64,000 bases of DNA from Chlorobiota bacterium (GTDB taxonomy: Bacteria; Bacteroidota; Ignavibacteria; Kapaibacteriales; UBA961), in NCBI GenBank assembly GCA_039810485.1, contig JBDHXA010000005.1, forward strand, positions 1,192 to 65,191. The letters run 5' to 3'. The translations under genes and the position numbers were made by a program. The notes beneath the pieces are model-generated. The model was not told the DNA's origin, made no database searches, and saw only the letters and a program-made list of their open reading frames with translations. Shown here piece by piece: positions 40,689 to 51,611 of this stretch (positions within the stretch are counted from its first letter, which is position 1; each line of letters begins with the position of its first letter).

Positions 40689-41885
40689 ATGAAAAAAGCG
40701 AATTCATTAACACAAGAAGCAAGAATACCTTATGGAACATGGGGCGCAAGCTATTTTCCAGCTTGGCAGAGTTCTCCCTTAGCCGAGGTGAATATAGGCC
40801 AGTTTGCTGGTGAATCTATGGCGCGAATTTTATCCAAGAGAAGAGTTTCCACTTCGCATTTGGATTATCTGATGATAGGTTCAACCGTGCCTTGGCATTT
40901 CAAATTTTGGAATGCGACGGTTGTGGCTAATTGTATGGGAAGAAGGATTCCGGGTTTCCATATTGAGCAAGCTTGCGCAACGGGTTTGCAGGCTGTAGTG
41001 TTGGCTGCTATGCAAGTACAGTCTGGAGCAAGCGAAACAGTAGGAGTTTTGACATTCGACAGAACGAGTGATTCGCCTGCAAGCGTTTTCCCTGAAAGAA
41101 GGGCTTATCGCAGAACAGAAGTAATGAGTGATGTGTGGGACAATTTCGGCTTTGACCCTTCTACCGAAAATGCTATGATTAGTTCGGCAGGTAATGTTGC
41201 AAGGAAATATAAAATTGACAGAAAAGAAACTGATGAACTCACTGCATATCGTTACCAGCAATACTTTGAGGGGAAAGAAAACGGATTCCTTAACCGTGTA
41301 GCTATGCCCTTAGAAATATTGAATGTGCAAGGGAAATCAATGGGTATTATTAGCGAAGATGTGGGCGTGAGAAAAATTTCTCTTGATTCCCTTCGTGCCA
41401 TGAAAGACCTTGATACTTGCGTAACAAGTGGCACACAAACTCATGCCGCCGATGGAATGGCAACTTTGCTTGTAACATCAGTAGATAAAGCGAAGGAAAT
41501 CAGCCCAAGACCTGAAATTAATATAAGTTTTGTGGCAAAAACAGAAGTTCGCGTGCTGCCATCATGCATGCCGGAAGCTCCCGCTTTTGCTGTCAAAAAA
41601 TTATTAGATAAAACAGGGCTTAATTTGGAAGATATGGCCGTTGTAAAAGATCATAATCCTTTTGCAGTCAATGATGCAGTATTCTCAAAAGTGATGAATT
41701 ACGACTGGAAAAAAATGAATAACAACGGAAGCCCTTTAGTCTGGGGACATCCGCAAGGCCCTACGCTAACACGAGTTATCATTGAAGCTTTGGAAGAGGC
41801 GGTTGATCTTGGGGGCGGCTATGTTTTAGTGTTTGGCTGTGCTGCCGGCGATGTGGGAATTGCTTCAATTTTTAAGGTAAACTGA
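40689..41885 (+). CDS. Thiolase-family acyl-CoA C-acyltransferase-like protein
   Basis: 398 aa. Active-site Cys region ACATGLQAVVLAAMQVQSGA and C-terminal thiolase-like GSPLVWGHPQGPTLTR. Confidence 0.55.
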   Translation: MKKANSLTQEARIPYGTWGASYFPAWQSSPLAEVNIGQFAGESMARILSKRRVSTSHLDYLMIGSTVPWHFKFWNATVVANCMGRRIPGFHIEQACATGLQAVVLAAMQVQSGASETVGVLTFDRTSDSPASVFPERRAYRRTEVMSDVWDNFGFDPSTENAMISSAGNVARKYKIDRKETDELTAYRYQQYFEGKENGFLNRVAMPLEILNVQGKSMGIISEDVGVRKISLDSLRAMKDLDTCVTSGTQTHAADGMATLLVTSVDKAKEISPRPEINISFVAKTEVRVLPSCMPEAPAFAVKKLLDKTGLNLEDMAVVKDHNPFAVNDAVFSKVMNYDWKKMNNNGSPLVWGHPQGPTLTRVIIEALEEAVDLGGGYVLVFGCAAGDVGIASIFKVN

Positions 41886-41895
41886 CAAAAACGAT

Positions 41896-43986
41896 ATGAA
41901 GAAATCAATAAGAAAATCAACACTTGAAGCCCTTGGATTGGGAACAGTTTCGGATATATTCAATAATGGGAAACTGCCTATTTCTTTAGAAGAAATGGTT
42001 GATAAGGTTTTTGGAGATAAAAATAATAGAGGTGCAATGGTCATTTCCGGTGCCGGTGGAATTGTTGGTGCCGGAAAAGTGATGCAATTCGCTTCAAGGC
42101 TTATGGAGTTTGATGTTCCAATCATTGCATTGGATTTACCGGGTGCGCCTGACGGAATTGCAAAACAGTACAAGGGTTTGCAGGCTTCTTTTGGAACGGA
42201 AGGAGCTAACAATATCATGAAGAACATTATTAAATTGAATTATGATGGAAGTACATTGCCTACAACTTTAAAGCAATACAACCCTAAGTTTTTACTTGAA
42301 GCCATTCCCGAAAAATTAGAACTGAAAAAAGCACATTATGCTTTGTTTAGAAAGGAGTTTCCTGATATTCATATTTGGTCTGTAACTTCAGGTTTTCCTT
42401 CCAAGGAATTAGGCGTTGGCATTGCTCATCCTGCATTTCCGCATGAGATAAACAAAATTTTTGAAATTGTTGAAGAAAAGCCGTCGGTACACACGCATCT
42501 GTTGTGGGCGATGGGTTTGATCCCCATGCAGGTTAGCGATGATTGGTCTTTTGTGCTTGATGTCTTTTTCTGCGGTTTGTTGCAGGCAAGCATCCAATTT
42601 TGTAACTATACCAATACACCATATTGGAAAGCTGATAAATATATTCGCCAAATTCTTGGACCAAATCCTTTTAGAGCGCATGATGTGATTGGCGCAAAAG
42701 GGTCTAATTTCCTGACATGGTCATGTTTATATCATCTGGGAAAAGAATATGGAGAACTCTTTGACCCAACAGCAGAGCTTACAGAAAGAAAAGACAGTGG
42801 ACAAAATTGGTATCCCGCCAATCATTTAAGACCACTAGTAAACTGGCATTTGGATGGCGAACAGAGCGAAGAACTCAAAATCATTGTATATGGCGCATTG
42901 ATACAGATGACAACTATCATGCTGCATGAGAATCGCTCTGATCTAAGCACAATGTCGGCAATCGGCGAATTATGCGCCCAATTTACAAAAGGAGTGCCGG
43001 CTGTTATCCGCAAAATGGGAACAGAAAAGGCATTGGATTTAGTGGAAAAATATCATCGCCTTGTGCCTTTGGCTGCCAAAACAAAATGGTATCCCGATAC
43101 TTTGCAGAATCTGAACACGGCAGAATGGCAGCAGTTGTATGTAAACGCAGAGCATGACGGCACAAATGGTTATGTCTGCATTAGCAGAGAAAGCTACAAC
43201 TATGATGTAAATGAAGAACTCAACCGTGCCATTGACTGGTTACATAAGGAAGGAATCAAAAAGGTGGTTCTAACTTCTGACTTCCATTTCTCGACACAGA
43301 TGGTGGGAGCGGATACCACAGAGTTCTTCCCTGCTGTAACCAACAGCGATATTGGAGAAAAAATATCTTCGGATTGGTCAAAAACAGCTCGAAGATTTTA
43401 CAATGAGTTTGAAACATCCATAGGTTTTGTGAATGGCAAGAGATGTATGGGTGGAATGTTGGAACTGATGATGCACTGCCAATATCTTATTGCACCTGAA
43501 CAAGTAAAATTTGCAATGCCGGAAGTAACACTGCCGGTGATTCCCGGAATGGAGGGCTGTCATTGGGTCTTTAGAAAAACAAGCAAAGAAAATCAAGCCA
43601 AAATGCTCGATTTGCTTCTGAACGGAAAGCAAATTAATGCGAAGCAAGCGCAAGGTTTTCTTGTAGATTACACAAGCTCGCTTAATGATTGTTTGGCAAT
43701 GGCAAAGAATATTCTCGAAAATGGCGAAGCCTCATTGCCAAAGCGAAAAATTACAGAAGATGCAATTCCCGAAATTGCATCTGAAATAGAGAAAATAACA
43801 TTGTCAGATAATCCGCAATTTTTGTCAGCACAAAAAGAGATAGCCAATTGCATTATTGCTTCCTGCAATACAACCGCAGAAGAAGCGCTGCAAATTCAAG
43901 CGAAAATATCGGCTAAATTTATGTCCGACCAATTATTTCGCAAAGGGAAAATAGGGGTTGAATATGATAAACTCAATCAAAACTAA
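41896..43986 (+). CDS. 3-hydroxyacyl-CoA dehydrogenase / enoyl-CoA hydratase-like fusion protein
   Basis: 696 aa. N-terminal Gly-rich dinucleotide fold (MVISGAGGIVGAGKV) and C-terminal crotonase-like segment (GKRCMGGMLELMMHCQYLIA). Domain order is inferred without alignment. Confidence 0.5.
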   Translation: MKKSIRKSTLEALGLGTVSDIFNNGKLPISLEEMVDKVFGDKNNRGAMVISGAGGIVGAGKVMQFASRLMEFDVPIIALDLPGAPDGIAKQYKGLQASFGTEGANNIMKNIIKLNYDGSTLPTTLKQYNPKFLLEAIPEKLELKKAHYALFRKEFPDIHIWSVTSGFPSKELGVGIAHPAFPHEINKIFEIVEEKPSVHTHLLWAMGLIPMQVSDDWSFVLDVFFCGLLQASIQFCNYTNTPYWKADKYIRQILGPNPFRAHDVIGAKGSNFLTWSCLYHLGKEYGELFDPTAELTERKDSGQNWYPANHLRPLVNWHLDGEQSEELKIIVYGALIQMTTIMLHENRSDLSTMSAIGELCAQFTKGVPAVIRKMGTEKALDLVEKYHRLVPLAAKTKWYPDTLQNLNTAEWQQLYVNAEHDGTNGYVCISRESYNYDVNEELNRAIDWLHKEGIKKVVLTSDFHFSTQMVGADTTEFFPAVTNSDIGEKISSDWSKTARRFYNEFETSIGFVNGKRCMGGMLELMMHCQYLIAPEQVKFAMPEVTLPVIPGMEGCHWVFRKTSKENQAKMLDLLLNGKQINAKQAQGFLVDYTSSLNDCLAMAKNILENGEASLPKRKITEDAIPEIASEIEKITLSDNPQFLSAQKEIANCIIASCNTTAEEALQIQAKISAKFMSDQLFRKGKIGVEYDKLNQN

Positions 43987-43992
43987 AACGCA

Positions 43993-45051
43993 ATGAAAAA
44001 ATTACAACAATGGCAAATGACTGAACTGAAAGCTGACTTCAAGTTGGTTGAGTCAGAAATACCTTCGCTTAAAGAAGGCGAAGCTTTGATAAAAGTGGCC
44101 GGATGCGGCGTATGTCATACCGATCTAAGCTTTTGGCACGACGGAGTGCGAACAAAGAAAGAAATGCCTTTGACCCTAGGGCATGAAATCAGCGGAACTG
44201 TCATTGACGGTCCTAACCATTTGAAAGATAAGAATGTTATCATTCCCGCCGTGCTGCCTTGCGGCGACTGCGAACTATGCAATAAAGGCAGGAGCAATAT
44301 GTGTCAGAATCAATTAATGCCGGGCAATGACTTCCACGGAGGTTTCGCATCGCATATCGTGGTGCCGCACAAATTTTTGTGCCCTGTTCCTGATGCTGTT
44401 TTGCAGAAATATAAATTAGAGGAATTGGCTGTAATAGCCGACGCCATTTCAACTCCGTATCAGGTTTTAAAAAAATCAGAATTAGAAAAAGGTGATTTAG
44501 CTATATGTATTGGTGTTGGTGGTGTAGGAGTGTATGGTGCTCTGATAGCAAAAATCATGGGTGCAAAAGTGTTGGCTATTGACATCAACGATGAAAAGTT
44601 AGAGAAGGCAAAGAACAACGGTATTCATGCCACTCTCAATTCAAAAGGAATGGATACCAAGGAAGTTAAAGCCAAAGTAAAAGAAATTGCGAAAGAATTG
44701 GGCGCACCGAAGTATGGCTGGAAAATTTTTGAATTTTCTGGCACAACACCAGGCCAAGAACTAGCGTTCAATCTTTTAGCCTTTACATCAACTCTAAGTA
44801 TAGTTGGCTTCACAATGAGTAAATTAGAGCTCAGATTAAGCAACCTTATGGCTTTTGATGCGAAAATTATCGGTACTTGGGGTTGCAAGCCCGAACTCTA
44901 CGCAGAAGTTGTTGATTTGATTTCATCAGGCAAATTGGATATTAAAGATTTCGTACAAATATTTCCTATGAGTAAAATCAATGAAGTATTTCAAAACACT
45001 TTAGCACATAAATACACCAAGCGTTCTGTATTAATTCCAGATTTCAATTAA
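43993..45051 (+). CDS. Zinc-dependent medium-chain alcohol dehydrogenase (Had-like candidate)
   Basis: 352 aa with GCGVCHTDLSFW and GHEISG Zn-ligand motifs and a Rossmann GVGGVGVYG motif. Confidence 0.85.
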   Translation: MKKLQQWQMTELKADFKLVESEIPSLKEGEALIKVAGCGVCHTDLSFWHDGVRTKKEMPLTLGHEISGTVIDGPNHLKDKNVIIPAVLPCGDCELCNKGRSNMCQNQLMPGNDFHGGFASHIVVPHKFLCPVPDAVLQKYKLEELAVIADAISTPYQVLKKSELEKGDLAICIGVGGVGVYGALIAKIMGAKVLAIDINDEKLEKAKNNGIHATLNSKGMDTKEVKAKVKEIAKELGAPKYGWKIFEFSGTTPGQELAFNLLAFTSTLSIVGFTMSKLELRLSNLMAFDAKIIGTWGCKPELYAEVVDLISSGKLDIKDFVQIFPMSKINEVFQNTLAHKYTKRSVLIPDFN

Positions 45052-45074
45052 ATAAAAAATATTAAACAATAGAA

Positions 45075-46178
45075 ATGGAAGCACTAAAAAATCATAACAT
45101 AGTAGAAGGGTATCAATACACCGACATTCTTTTTGAAAAAAGACCTTGTTTAAGCACAGATGGAACACATGTTGAAGGTTTATACAATGCTTGGATTATC
45201 ATCAATAATCCCAAGCAATATAACTCTTATACCACCAAGGCGGTAAAAGAAGTAATTCTTGCCTTTGGCGAAGCATCCAATGACAGAAGCGTGGTTGCAG
45301 TCGTATTTACCGGCGCGGAGGACAAAGCATTTTGCACAGGTGGAAATACAAAGGAATATGCAGAATATTATTCCGGCAATCCGCAGGAATATTCGCAATA
45401 CATGCGTTTATTCAACGATATGGTATCGGCTATTCTGAAATGTGAAAAGCCGGTAATCGCTCGTGTAAACGGGATGAGAATTGGTGGCGGTCAAGAAATT
45501 GGGATGGCTTGTGATTTTACGGTAGCAAGTGATTTGGCTCGTTTTGGTCAAGCAGGACCGAAGCACGGAAGTGCCGCTATTGGCGGAGCAACAGACTTTC
45601 TGCATTTGTTTGTCGGGGTGGAAAGGGCAATGTATTCGCTCTCTTTGTGTGAGCCATGGACAGCCCATCAAGCTTTGAACTTTGGATTGATTACAGACAT
45701 TGCACCTGCATTGAAAGTGGATGGAAAATTTATTCCGAATCCATTGGTAAACATTGAAAAATATGCTGATGAATATGGCAGGGTAATTTTTGGAACAATG
45801 AAAATAGGCGATGAATTAGCAAAAGGAAAAGAGTTGATGGCAAAAGGTGAAATTGATTTGTCTAAACTAGATGAAGTTGTAAATCAGTTGATTGCCAAAC
45901 TGTTGCATACTTTTCCGAATTGTTTGAGTAAAACACTTTCAGAGGTTCGTAAGAAAAAATTAGAGCATTGGGACAAAAACAAAGAAAGTAGTCGTGAATG
46001 GCTTGCATTGAATATGATGTCAGAAGCGAAGGCAGGATTCAGAGCCTTCAATTACGGACCCAAAAATGATAGAGAAGTGGACTTCATAAAACTTCGTCAG
46101 TTGTTGGCAGAAGGACACGAATGGAATGATGATTTGCACCACGCTATTTCTCCACAATTTAAAACAGAAAACGTATAA
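45075..46178 (+). CDS. Long crotonase-family enzyme (enoyl-CoA hydratase/hydrolase; Oah/BamA-like by size)
   Basis: 367 aa. Crotonase fold (VVAVVFTGAEDKAFCTGGN) with a ~100-aa C-terminal extension. Confidence 0.6.
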   Translation: MEALKNHNIVEGYQYTDILFEKRPCLSTDGTHVEGLYNAWIIINNPKQYNSYTTKAVKEVILAFGEASNDRSVVAVVFTGAEDKAFCTGGNTKEYAEYYSGNPQEYSQYMRLFNDMVSAILKCEKPVIARVNGMRIGGGQEIGMACDFTVASDLARFGQAGPKHGSAAIGGATDFLHLFVGVERAMYSLSLCEPWTAHQALNFGLITDIAPALKVDGKFIPNPLVNIEKYADEYGRVIFGTMKIGDELAKGKELMAKGEIDLSKLDEVVNQLIAKLLHTFPNCLSKTLSEVRKKKLEHWDKNKESSREWLALNMMSEAKAGFRAFNYGPKNDREVDFIKLRQLLAEGHEWNDDLHHAISPQFKTENV

Positions 46179-46180
46179 TT

Positions 46181-46954
46181 ATGGAAAAGATTAAACTTAG
46201 TTATTCGCATAATAATACGGTTGCCAATATTGTTTTGAATGACGGTAAAGGCAATGTCTTGGACAATATAATGATGTTAGAACTATTGGATTGTTTTGAG
46301 GAGTTTAAAAAGAACAAAAACCTAAAATTAATTACTTTTCAGGGCGAAGGCAAACATTTTTCTTTTGGTGCAAGCGTGGAAGAGCATACTAAAGAAAATG
46401 CGGGAATGATGTTGAAAACTTTCCATAAAATATTTTTTACATTGATGGATCTCAATATTCCAACAATGGCAAAAATTTCCGGTCAGTGTTTGGGAGGCGG
46501 TATGGAATTAGCTGTTTTCTGTCATTTTTTATTTGCCGATAAAACAGCCAAAATGGGACAGCCGGAGATTGTTTTAGGAGTTTTTCCGCCGCCGGCATCC
46601 ATCATTTTGCCAGAAAAAATTGGTTTGTCGAGAGCAGAAGAACTATTGCTTACAGGCAGAAGCATAAATGCAGAAGAAGCGCTAAGATTTGGCTTGGTTC
46701 ACAATGTATTCGATGACAAAGAAACGTTAAACAACGGAGCTAACGAATGGATCGAAAAGAATATTCTGCCAAAAAGCGCGTCTACGATTCAATTTGGAGT
46801 GAAGGCGGCTCGTACAAAATTTAATGATATTTTATCCAAAAATTTACCAAAATTAGAACAGATCTATACCCACGAGTTGATGGAAACCAAAGATGCCAAC
46901 GAAGGCATCAGCGCATTTTTGGAGAAAAGACAGCCGGCTTGGGTGAATGAATAA
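46181..46954 (+). CDS. Enoyl-CoA hydratase (crotonase family; Dch-like by size)
   Basis: 257 aa with the oxyanion-hole region GQCLGGGMELAVFCHFLFADKTAKMGQPE. Confidence 0.75.
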   Translation: MEKIKLSYSHNNTVANIVLNDGKGNVLDNIMMLELLDCFEEFKKNKNLKLITFQGEGKHFSFGASVEEHTKENAGMMLKTFHKIFFTLMDLNIPTMAKISGQCLGGGMELAVFCHFLFADKTAKMGQPEIVLGVFPPPASIILPEKIGLSRAEELLLTGRSINAEEALRFGLVHNVFDDKETLNNGANEWIEKNILPKSASTIQFGVKAARTKFNDILSKNLPKLEQIYTHELMETKDANEGISAFLEKRQPAWVNE

Positions 46955-46969
46955 TAGCAATTCTGAAAA

Positions 46970-48796
46970 ATGATTATAGATAGCGCAGTTATAAAATTTG
47001 CAGGCGATTCCGGCGACGGAATGCAATTGGCAGGTACATTATTTACTGACAATGTTGCACAAATGGGCAATGCCATCGCAACATTCCCCGATTTTCCTTC
47101 TGAAATAAGAGCGCCGCAAGGAACATTAGCCGGTGTATCCGGCTTTCAGATCCATTTTGGCGCAACAAACGTGCATAGTCCAGGCGATGCGCCAGATGTA
47201 TTGGTTGCCATGAATCCTGCCGCATTGAAAGCTAATATTCATAATTTGAAAGCGAATTGCTTAGTATTGGTTGATGGCGATTCATTTGGCAAAAGAGATG
47301 TTGAAAAAGCTGGCTTTACAAGCAACCCATTGGAAGATAACTCGCTTAGCGGATACAAGACTGTTGCTGCACCAATAACATCGCTTACGAAAACGGCGGT
47401 GGCCGATTTAGGGCTTGACAATAAATCAGCCGACAGATGCAAGAATATGTTTACACTCGGCATGATTCTATGGCTTTTCAATGAACCGCTCGACTATACA
47501 GTCAATTTTTTTGAGCAGAAGTTTAAAAAAAATCAGATTATTGGCGAGGCAAATAAAAGAGCATTAAAGGCGGGATATAATTATGCTTTGACAGCCGAAA
47601 TCATAAAATCGTCATATAAGGTGATGCCGGCGCAAAAAACTCCAGGAACGTATCGGAATATGACGGGAAATCAGGCGGCAGCATGGGGATTCATGGCTGC
47701 GGCCGAAAAAGCAGGAAAGCTGCTGTTTCTTGGTTCTTATCCGATTACGCCAGCAACGGACATAATGCAAGAAATTGCTAAGCATAAATGGTCTGGCGCA
47801 AGAGTATTTCAAGCGGAAGATGAAATAGCTGGAATTTGTTCTGCCATCGGCGCTGCTTTTGCAGGAAACATCGCTATAACCACCACTTCCGGTCCTGGCA
47901 TGGCTCTCAAAACTGAAGCTATTGGCTTGGCAGTAATGACAGAAATGCCAATCGTAATTGTGAATGTGCAAAGAGGCGGGCCGAGTACTGGCTTGCCAAC
48001 CAAAACCGAGCAAAGCGATTTAATGCAGGCAGTATGGGGAAGAAACGGCGAAAGCCCTGTGGCTGTATTGGCTGCAAGCACTCCTTCGGATTGCTTTGAT
48101 TTCGCTTATGAAGCTGTCCGTATAGCTGTGGAACACATGACGCCGGTAATACTATTGAGCGAGGGTTATCTTGGCAATGGTGCTGAGCCATGGAAAATAA
48201 AGAAATTGGCAGAATTGCAGGAAATTAAGCCTCGAACTATTGAAACTTACGTTCCTGACTGGAAACCGTATAATCGCGAAGCCGATAAACTTGCGCGTTA
48301 TTGGGTTGCGCCCGGAGTTGCCGGAATGCAGCATCGCATCGGCGGATTGGAAAAAGACGAATTTACAAGTGGCGTATCGCACAACCCCAAAAACCATGAA
48401 AATATGGTAAGTATAAGGCAGGAAAAAATTAATAAAATAGCAGATTATATTCCGTTGCAGAAAATAAAAGGAAAAAATGCAAAAAAACTGCTTGTTATCG
48501 GCTGGGGAGGGCAATTCGGAATTTTACTTGGTGCCGTAAAAGAATTGCAAAATGAAGGGCTGGATATTGCGCTTGCTCATTTTAATTATATTAATCCTCT
48601 GCCAAAAAATACGGCAGAAATATTTGGAAAATTTGAAAAAATTCTCGTTTGTGAATTAAACAAAGGTCAGTTTGCCAATTATTTGCGGGCAGTGTTGCCA
48701 CAGTTTGCATACGAGCAATATAATAAAGTTCAGGGGTTGCCTTTTACTATAAAAGAATTAAAAGAAAAGTTTACAAAAATACTATCTGAAATATAG
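46970..48796 (+). CDS. korA: 2-oxoacid:ferredoxin oxidoreductase, fused gamma/alpha subunit
   Basis: 608 aa. N-terminal gamma-domain motif AGDSGDGMQLAG, followed by an alpha domain. Confidence 0.85.
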   Translation: MIIDSAVIKFAGDSGDGMQLAGTLFTDNVAQMGNAIATFPDFPSEIRAPQGTLAGVSGFQIHFGATNVHSPGDAPDVLVAMNPAALKANIHNLKANCLVLVDGDSFGKRDVEKAGFTSNPLEDNSLSGYKTVAAPITSLTKTAVADLGLDNKSADRCKNMFTLGMILWLFNEPLDYTVNFFEQKFKKNQIIGEANKRALKAGYNYALTAEIIKSSYKVMPAQKTPGTYRNMTGNQAAAWGFMAAAEKAGKLLFLGSYPITPATDIMQEIAKHKWSGARVFQAEDEIAGICSAIGAAFAGNIAITTTSGPGMALKTEAIGLAVMTEMPIVIVNVQRGGPSTGLPTKTEQSDLMQAVWGRNGESPVAVLAASTPSDCFDFAYEAVRIAVEHMTPVILLSEGYLGNGAEPWKIKKLAELQEIKPRTIETYVPDWKPYNREADKLARYWVAPGVAGMQHRIGGLEKDEFTSGVSHNPKNHENMVSIRQEKINKIADYIPLQKIKGKNAKKLLVIGWGGQFGILLGAVKELQNEGLDIALAHFNYINPLPKNTAEIFGKFEKILVCELNKGQFANYLRAVLPQFAYEQYNKVQGLPFTIKELKEKFTKILSEI

Positions 48797-48797
48797 A

Positions 48798-49817
48798 ATG
48801 GAAACTGTATCATACTCGTACAAACCAAAGGATTATGCGAGTGATCAAGAAGTTAAATGGTGCCCGGGTTGCGGGGATTATGCCATTATTAATGCTGTGC
48901 AAAAAGCATTTTCTGAATTAAATTTAAAAAAAGAAGACACAGCGATTATTTCAGGTATAGGATGCTCGTCAAGATTTCCATATTATATGGATACATTCGG
49001 TTTCCATACTATTCACGGTAGGCCTGCCGCTGTTGCAACCGGCGTCAAATTGGCAAATCCTCGTTTAGATGTATGGATTGTCAGCGGCGATGGAGATTCT
49101 CTCGCAATAGGAGGAAATCATTTTATACATTTGATAAGAAGAAATATAAATGTAAATTTATTGCTGTTTAATAATGAAATATATGGATTAACCAAAGGGC
49201 AGCACTCGCCAACAACTAAAAAAGATGTTTTAACAAAATCTGCACCATTTGGAACAATTGAAACCCCGTTTAATGTGGGTGAGCTAACGCTTGGAGCGCA
49301 AGGACAATTTTTTGCGCGCGTTCCTGACACCGATGTGAAATTAATGACCAAAGTATTCGTAGAAGCCGAAAAACATAAAGGAACATCCATCGTGGAAGTG
49401 CTACAAAATTGCGTGATATTTAATGACAACACTCACGAGTTTATAACGGCCAAAGAAAACCGCTTGGATAATCAAATAATTCTGGAACATGGCAAACCCA
49501 TGCTTTTCGGAGCAAACAACAGCAAAGGGCTTCGGTTGAACGGACTTGAAATTGAAGTCGTAACAATTGGAGAAAATGGCATTGTTGAAGAAGATTTGCT
49601 TGTGCATGACGCTTATGCAAAATCTTCTGCATTGCATAGAATGTTAATACAAATGAAAGCGCCAGAGTTCCCTGTTGCAATGGGCGTTATCAGAAATACT
49701 TCTGCACCGGTTTTTGACGAAGATTTTCACGAACAAATAAATCAAGGAAAAAATACGCCAAAAATTCATTCTGTAGATGACATGTTTTTTAGTGGAAATA
49801 CATTTGAAGTTAAATAA
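48798..49817 (+). CDS. korB: 2-oxoacid:ferredoxin oxidoreductase beta subunit (TPP/Fe-S)
   Basis: 339 aa. CPGCGDY motif and TPP-binding GDGD region. Confidence 0.9.
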   Translation: METVSYSYKPKDYASDQEVKWCPGCGDYAIINAVQKAFSELNLKKEDTAIISGIGCSSRFPYYMDTFGFHTIHGRPAAVATGVKLANPRLDVWIVSGDGDSLAIGGNHFIHLIRRNINVNLLLFNNEIYGLTKGQHSPTTKKDVLTKSAPFGTIETPFNVGELTLGAQGQFFARVPDTDVKLMTKVFVEAEKHKGTSIVEVLQNCVIFNDNTHEFITAKENRLDNQIILEHGKPMLFGANNSKGLRLNGLEIEVVTIGENGIVEEDLLVHDAYAKSSALHRMLIQMKAPEFPVAMGVIRNTSAPVFDEDFHEQINQGKNTPKIHSVDDMFFSGNTFEVK

Positions 49818-49831
49818 ATTGGAACACTACA

Positions 49832-50179
49832 ATGGCTATTAAAATCACTGACGACTGTATCAACTGCGGAGCTTGCGAGCCCGAATGTCCAAACAATGCT
49901 ATCTATGCAAATGCCGAACCTTGGACAATGGCAGAAGGAACAAATATCACATCCGATTTTACTTTGTTTACTGGTAAAACGATTGATGCTTTTGAAGAAC
50001 AAGAGCCAATATCTGACGAGTTTTATTACATCGTAACAGATAAGTGCACAGAATGTGTAGGTTTTCACGATGAACCGCAATGTGCTACAGTTTGCCCGGT
50101 AGATTGTTGTTTGCCTGATCCTGATCATCAAGAAACAAGAGAAAAATTGGAAGAAAAGCAGCGGCGACTGCATGAATAA
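49832..50179 (+). CDS. 2[4Fe-4S] ferredoxin with internal insertion
   Basis: 115 aa. CINCGACEPECP and CTECVGFHDEPQCATVCP cluster motifs. Confidence 0.85.
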   Translation: MAIKITDDCINCGACEPECPNNAIYANAEPWTMAEGTNITSDFTLFTGKTIDAFEEQEPISDEFYYIVTDKCTECVGFHDEPQCATVCPVDCCLPDPDHQETREKLEEKQRRLHE

Positions 50180-50199
50180 AATTATTTTTAAACTGCAAT

Positions 50200-50802
50200 A
50201 TGAATAATGCTGCTGTTGTAATTTTAGCCGGCGGGCAATCCCAAAGAATGGGATTCCCTAAATTGCTTCTACCATTCAGCTGTAATAATAATTTTATTGA
50301 ACAAATCGTTTCAATTTACCTGCAAGTTATACGGGAAGATATATTTATTATTTTGAATGAAACAGTGAAAAATAATAATGCGAATTATTTTTCTCAGATG
50401 CAAGGTGTAAATATAATACTTAATTCTTCTCCAGAACTCGGCAGAACATTCTCCATTAAATTAGGATTAGAAAGAATAAATGCAAACAAGATATTTATTC
50501 AAAATACGGATAATCCATTTGTAACCAAGAAATTATTGTACGCTTTAATTTCTCAGCGGACTGAAAACGGCTATGTGTCACCTTTAATAAACGGCAAAGG
50601 TGCGCATCCGATTTTGCTTTGCGGCGAAGCAATTGAAACAGTCAAAAATGCCTCAAATGAACTTAGTTTAAAAGATGTTTTAAGTTCTTGTTATCGTAAG
50701 AATATTACAGTGAATAATGCGTTGTTTACTGTAAATATTGACACACCAGAGATATACAAACAATATTTTCCTGATTTGCAATTTCCATTGCAGTATATAT
50801 AA
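50200..50802 (+). CDS. mocA: MobA-like NTP transferase; candidate molybdenum cofactor cytidylyltransferase
   Basis: 200 aa with ILAGGQSQRMGFPKLLL. Adjacent to XdhC and the XDH-family enzyme. It is a second MobA-type gene, separate from the one in the Moco operon. Confidence 0.65.
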   Translation: MNNAAVVILAGGQSQRMGFPKLLLPFSCNNNFIEQIVSIYLQVIREDIFIILNETVKNNNANYFSQMQGVNIILNSSPELGRTFSIKLGLERINANKIFIQNTDNPFVTKKLLYALISQRTENGYVSPLINGKGAHPILLCGEAIETVKNASNELSLKDVLSSCYRKNITVNNALFTVNIDTPEIYKQYFPDLQFPLQYI

Positions 50803-50804
50803 TA

Positions 50805-51611
50805 ATGGAAAATGAAAATTCGCATAATGTGCAAAGAATTAAATCGGCTCTTTGCATCATTGTAGAAACAAAAGGTTCAACGCCTCGCAAAGCGGGAACT
50901 AAAATGCGAGTATACGAAAATCGTAAAATTGAAGGGAGCATTGGCGGCGGAGCATTCGAAAAAAAAGTTGTAGAAAACGCCGTTATTCAAATCGAAAAAG
51001 GAATTCCCTGTTTGTTTGAGCATCATTTATTGCAAGAGCATGAGATGTGTTGCGGAGGAAGCGTAAAAGTGTATATTGAACCAGAACTGCAAAAAAATCA
51101 TTTAATCATTTTTGGCGCAGGTCATGTTGGACAGGAATTGGCGAAACAGGCTTTGGGAGCAGAGTTTGAAGTGAGTGTCTATGATGATAGAGAAGAATTC
51201 ATTCAGCAAATTACAGATGTAAAAATTGATATTCAATGCTTGGATTTTGCTGATGCTTTGAAACAAATTTCATTTAATGAAAACACGTATATAGCTATCC
51301 TCACTTACCGACACGATATAGACAGGGCGTTACTTCGATATTGTTTGCGAAAAGATAGAGCCTATCTCGGATTTATTGGTAGCCAACGAAAGATATTAGT
51401 TACAAGGAAAATGATGCTACAAGAAGGCATTGCAAGTGAAGAAGAATTGGATAAAGTGGATATGCCGATAGGGTTGAACATTGGTGCTGAAACGCCTTTT
51501 GAAATTGCTGTGAGTATCATTGCTAAAATGATAGCAGTAAAAAATAAAGAGCGAGTGAATACGATAAATCAAATTAAAGACATAGAACAATGCATAAAAG
51601 AACAGCCATAA
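50805..51611 (+). CDS. xdhC: XdhC/CoxI-family Moco-insertion accessory protein
   Basis: 268 aa. Rossmann-like IIFGAGHVGQELAK. Confidence 0.75.
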   Translation: MENENSHNVQRIKSALCIIVETKGSTPRKAGTKMRVYENRKIEGSIGGGAFEKKVVENAVIQIEKGIPCLFEHHLLQEHEMCCGGSVKVYIEPELQKNHLIIFGAGHVGQELAKQALGAEFEVSVYDDREEFIQQITDVKIDIQCLDFADALKQISFNENTYIAILTYRHDIDRALLRYCLRKDRAYLGFIGSQRKILVTRKMMLQEGIASEEELDKVDMPIGLNIGAETPFEIAVSIIAKMIAVKNKERVNTINQIKDIEQCIKEQP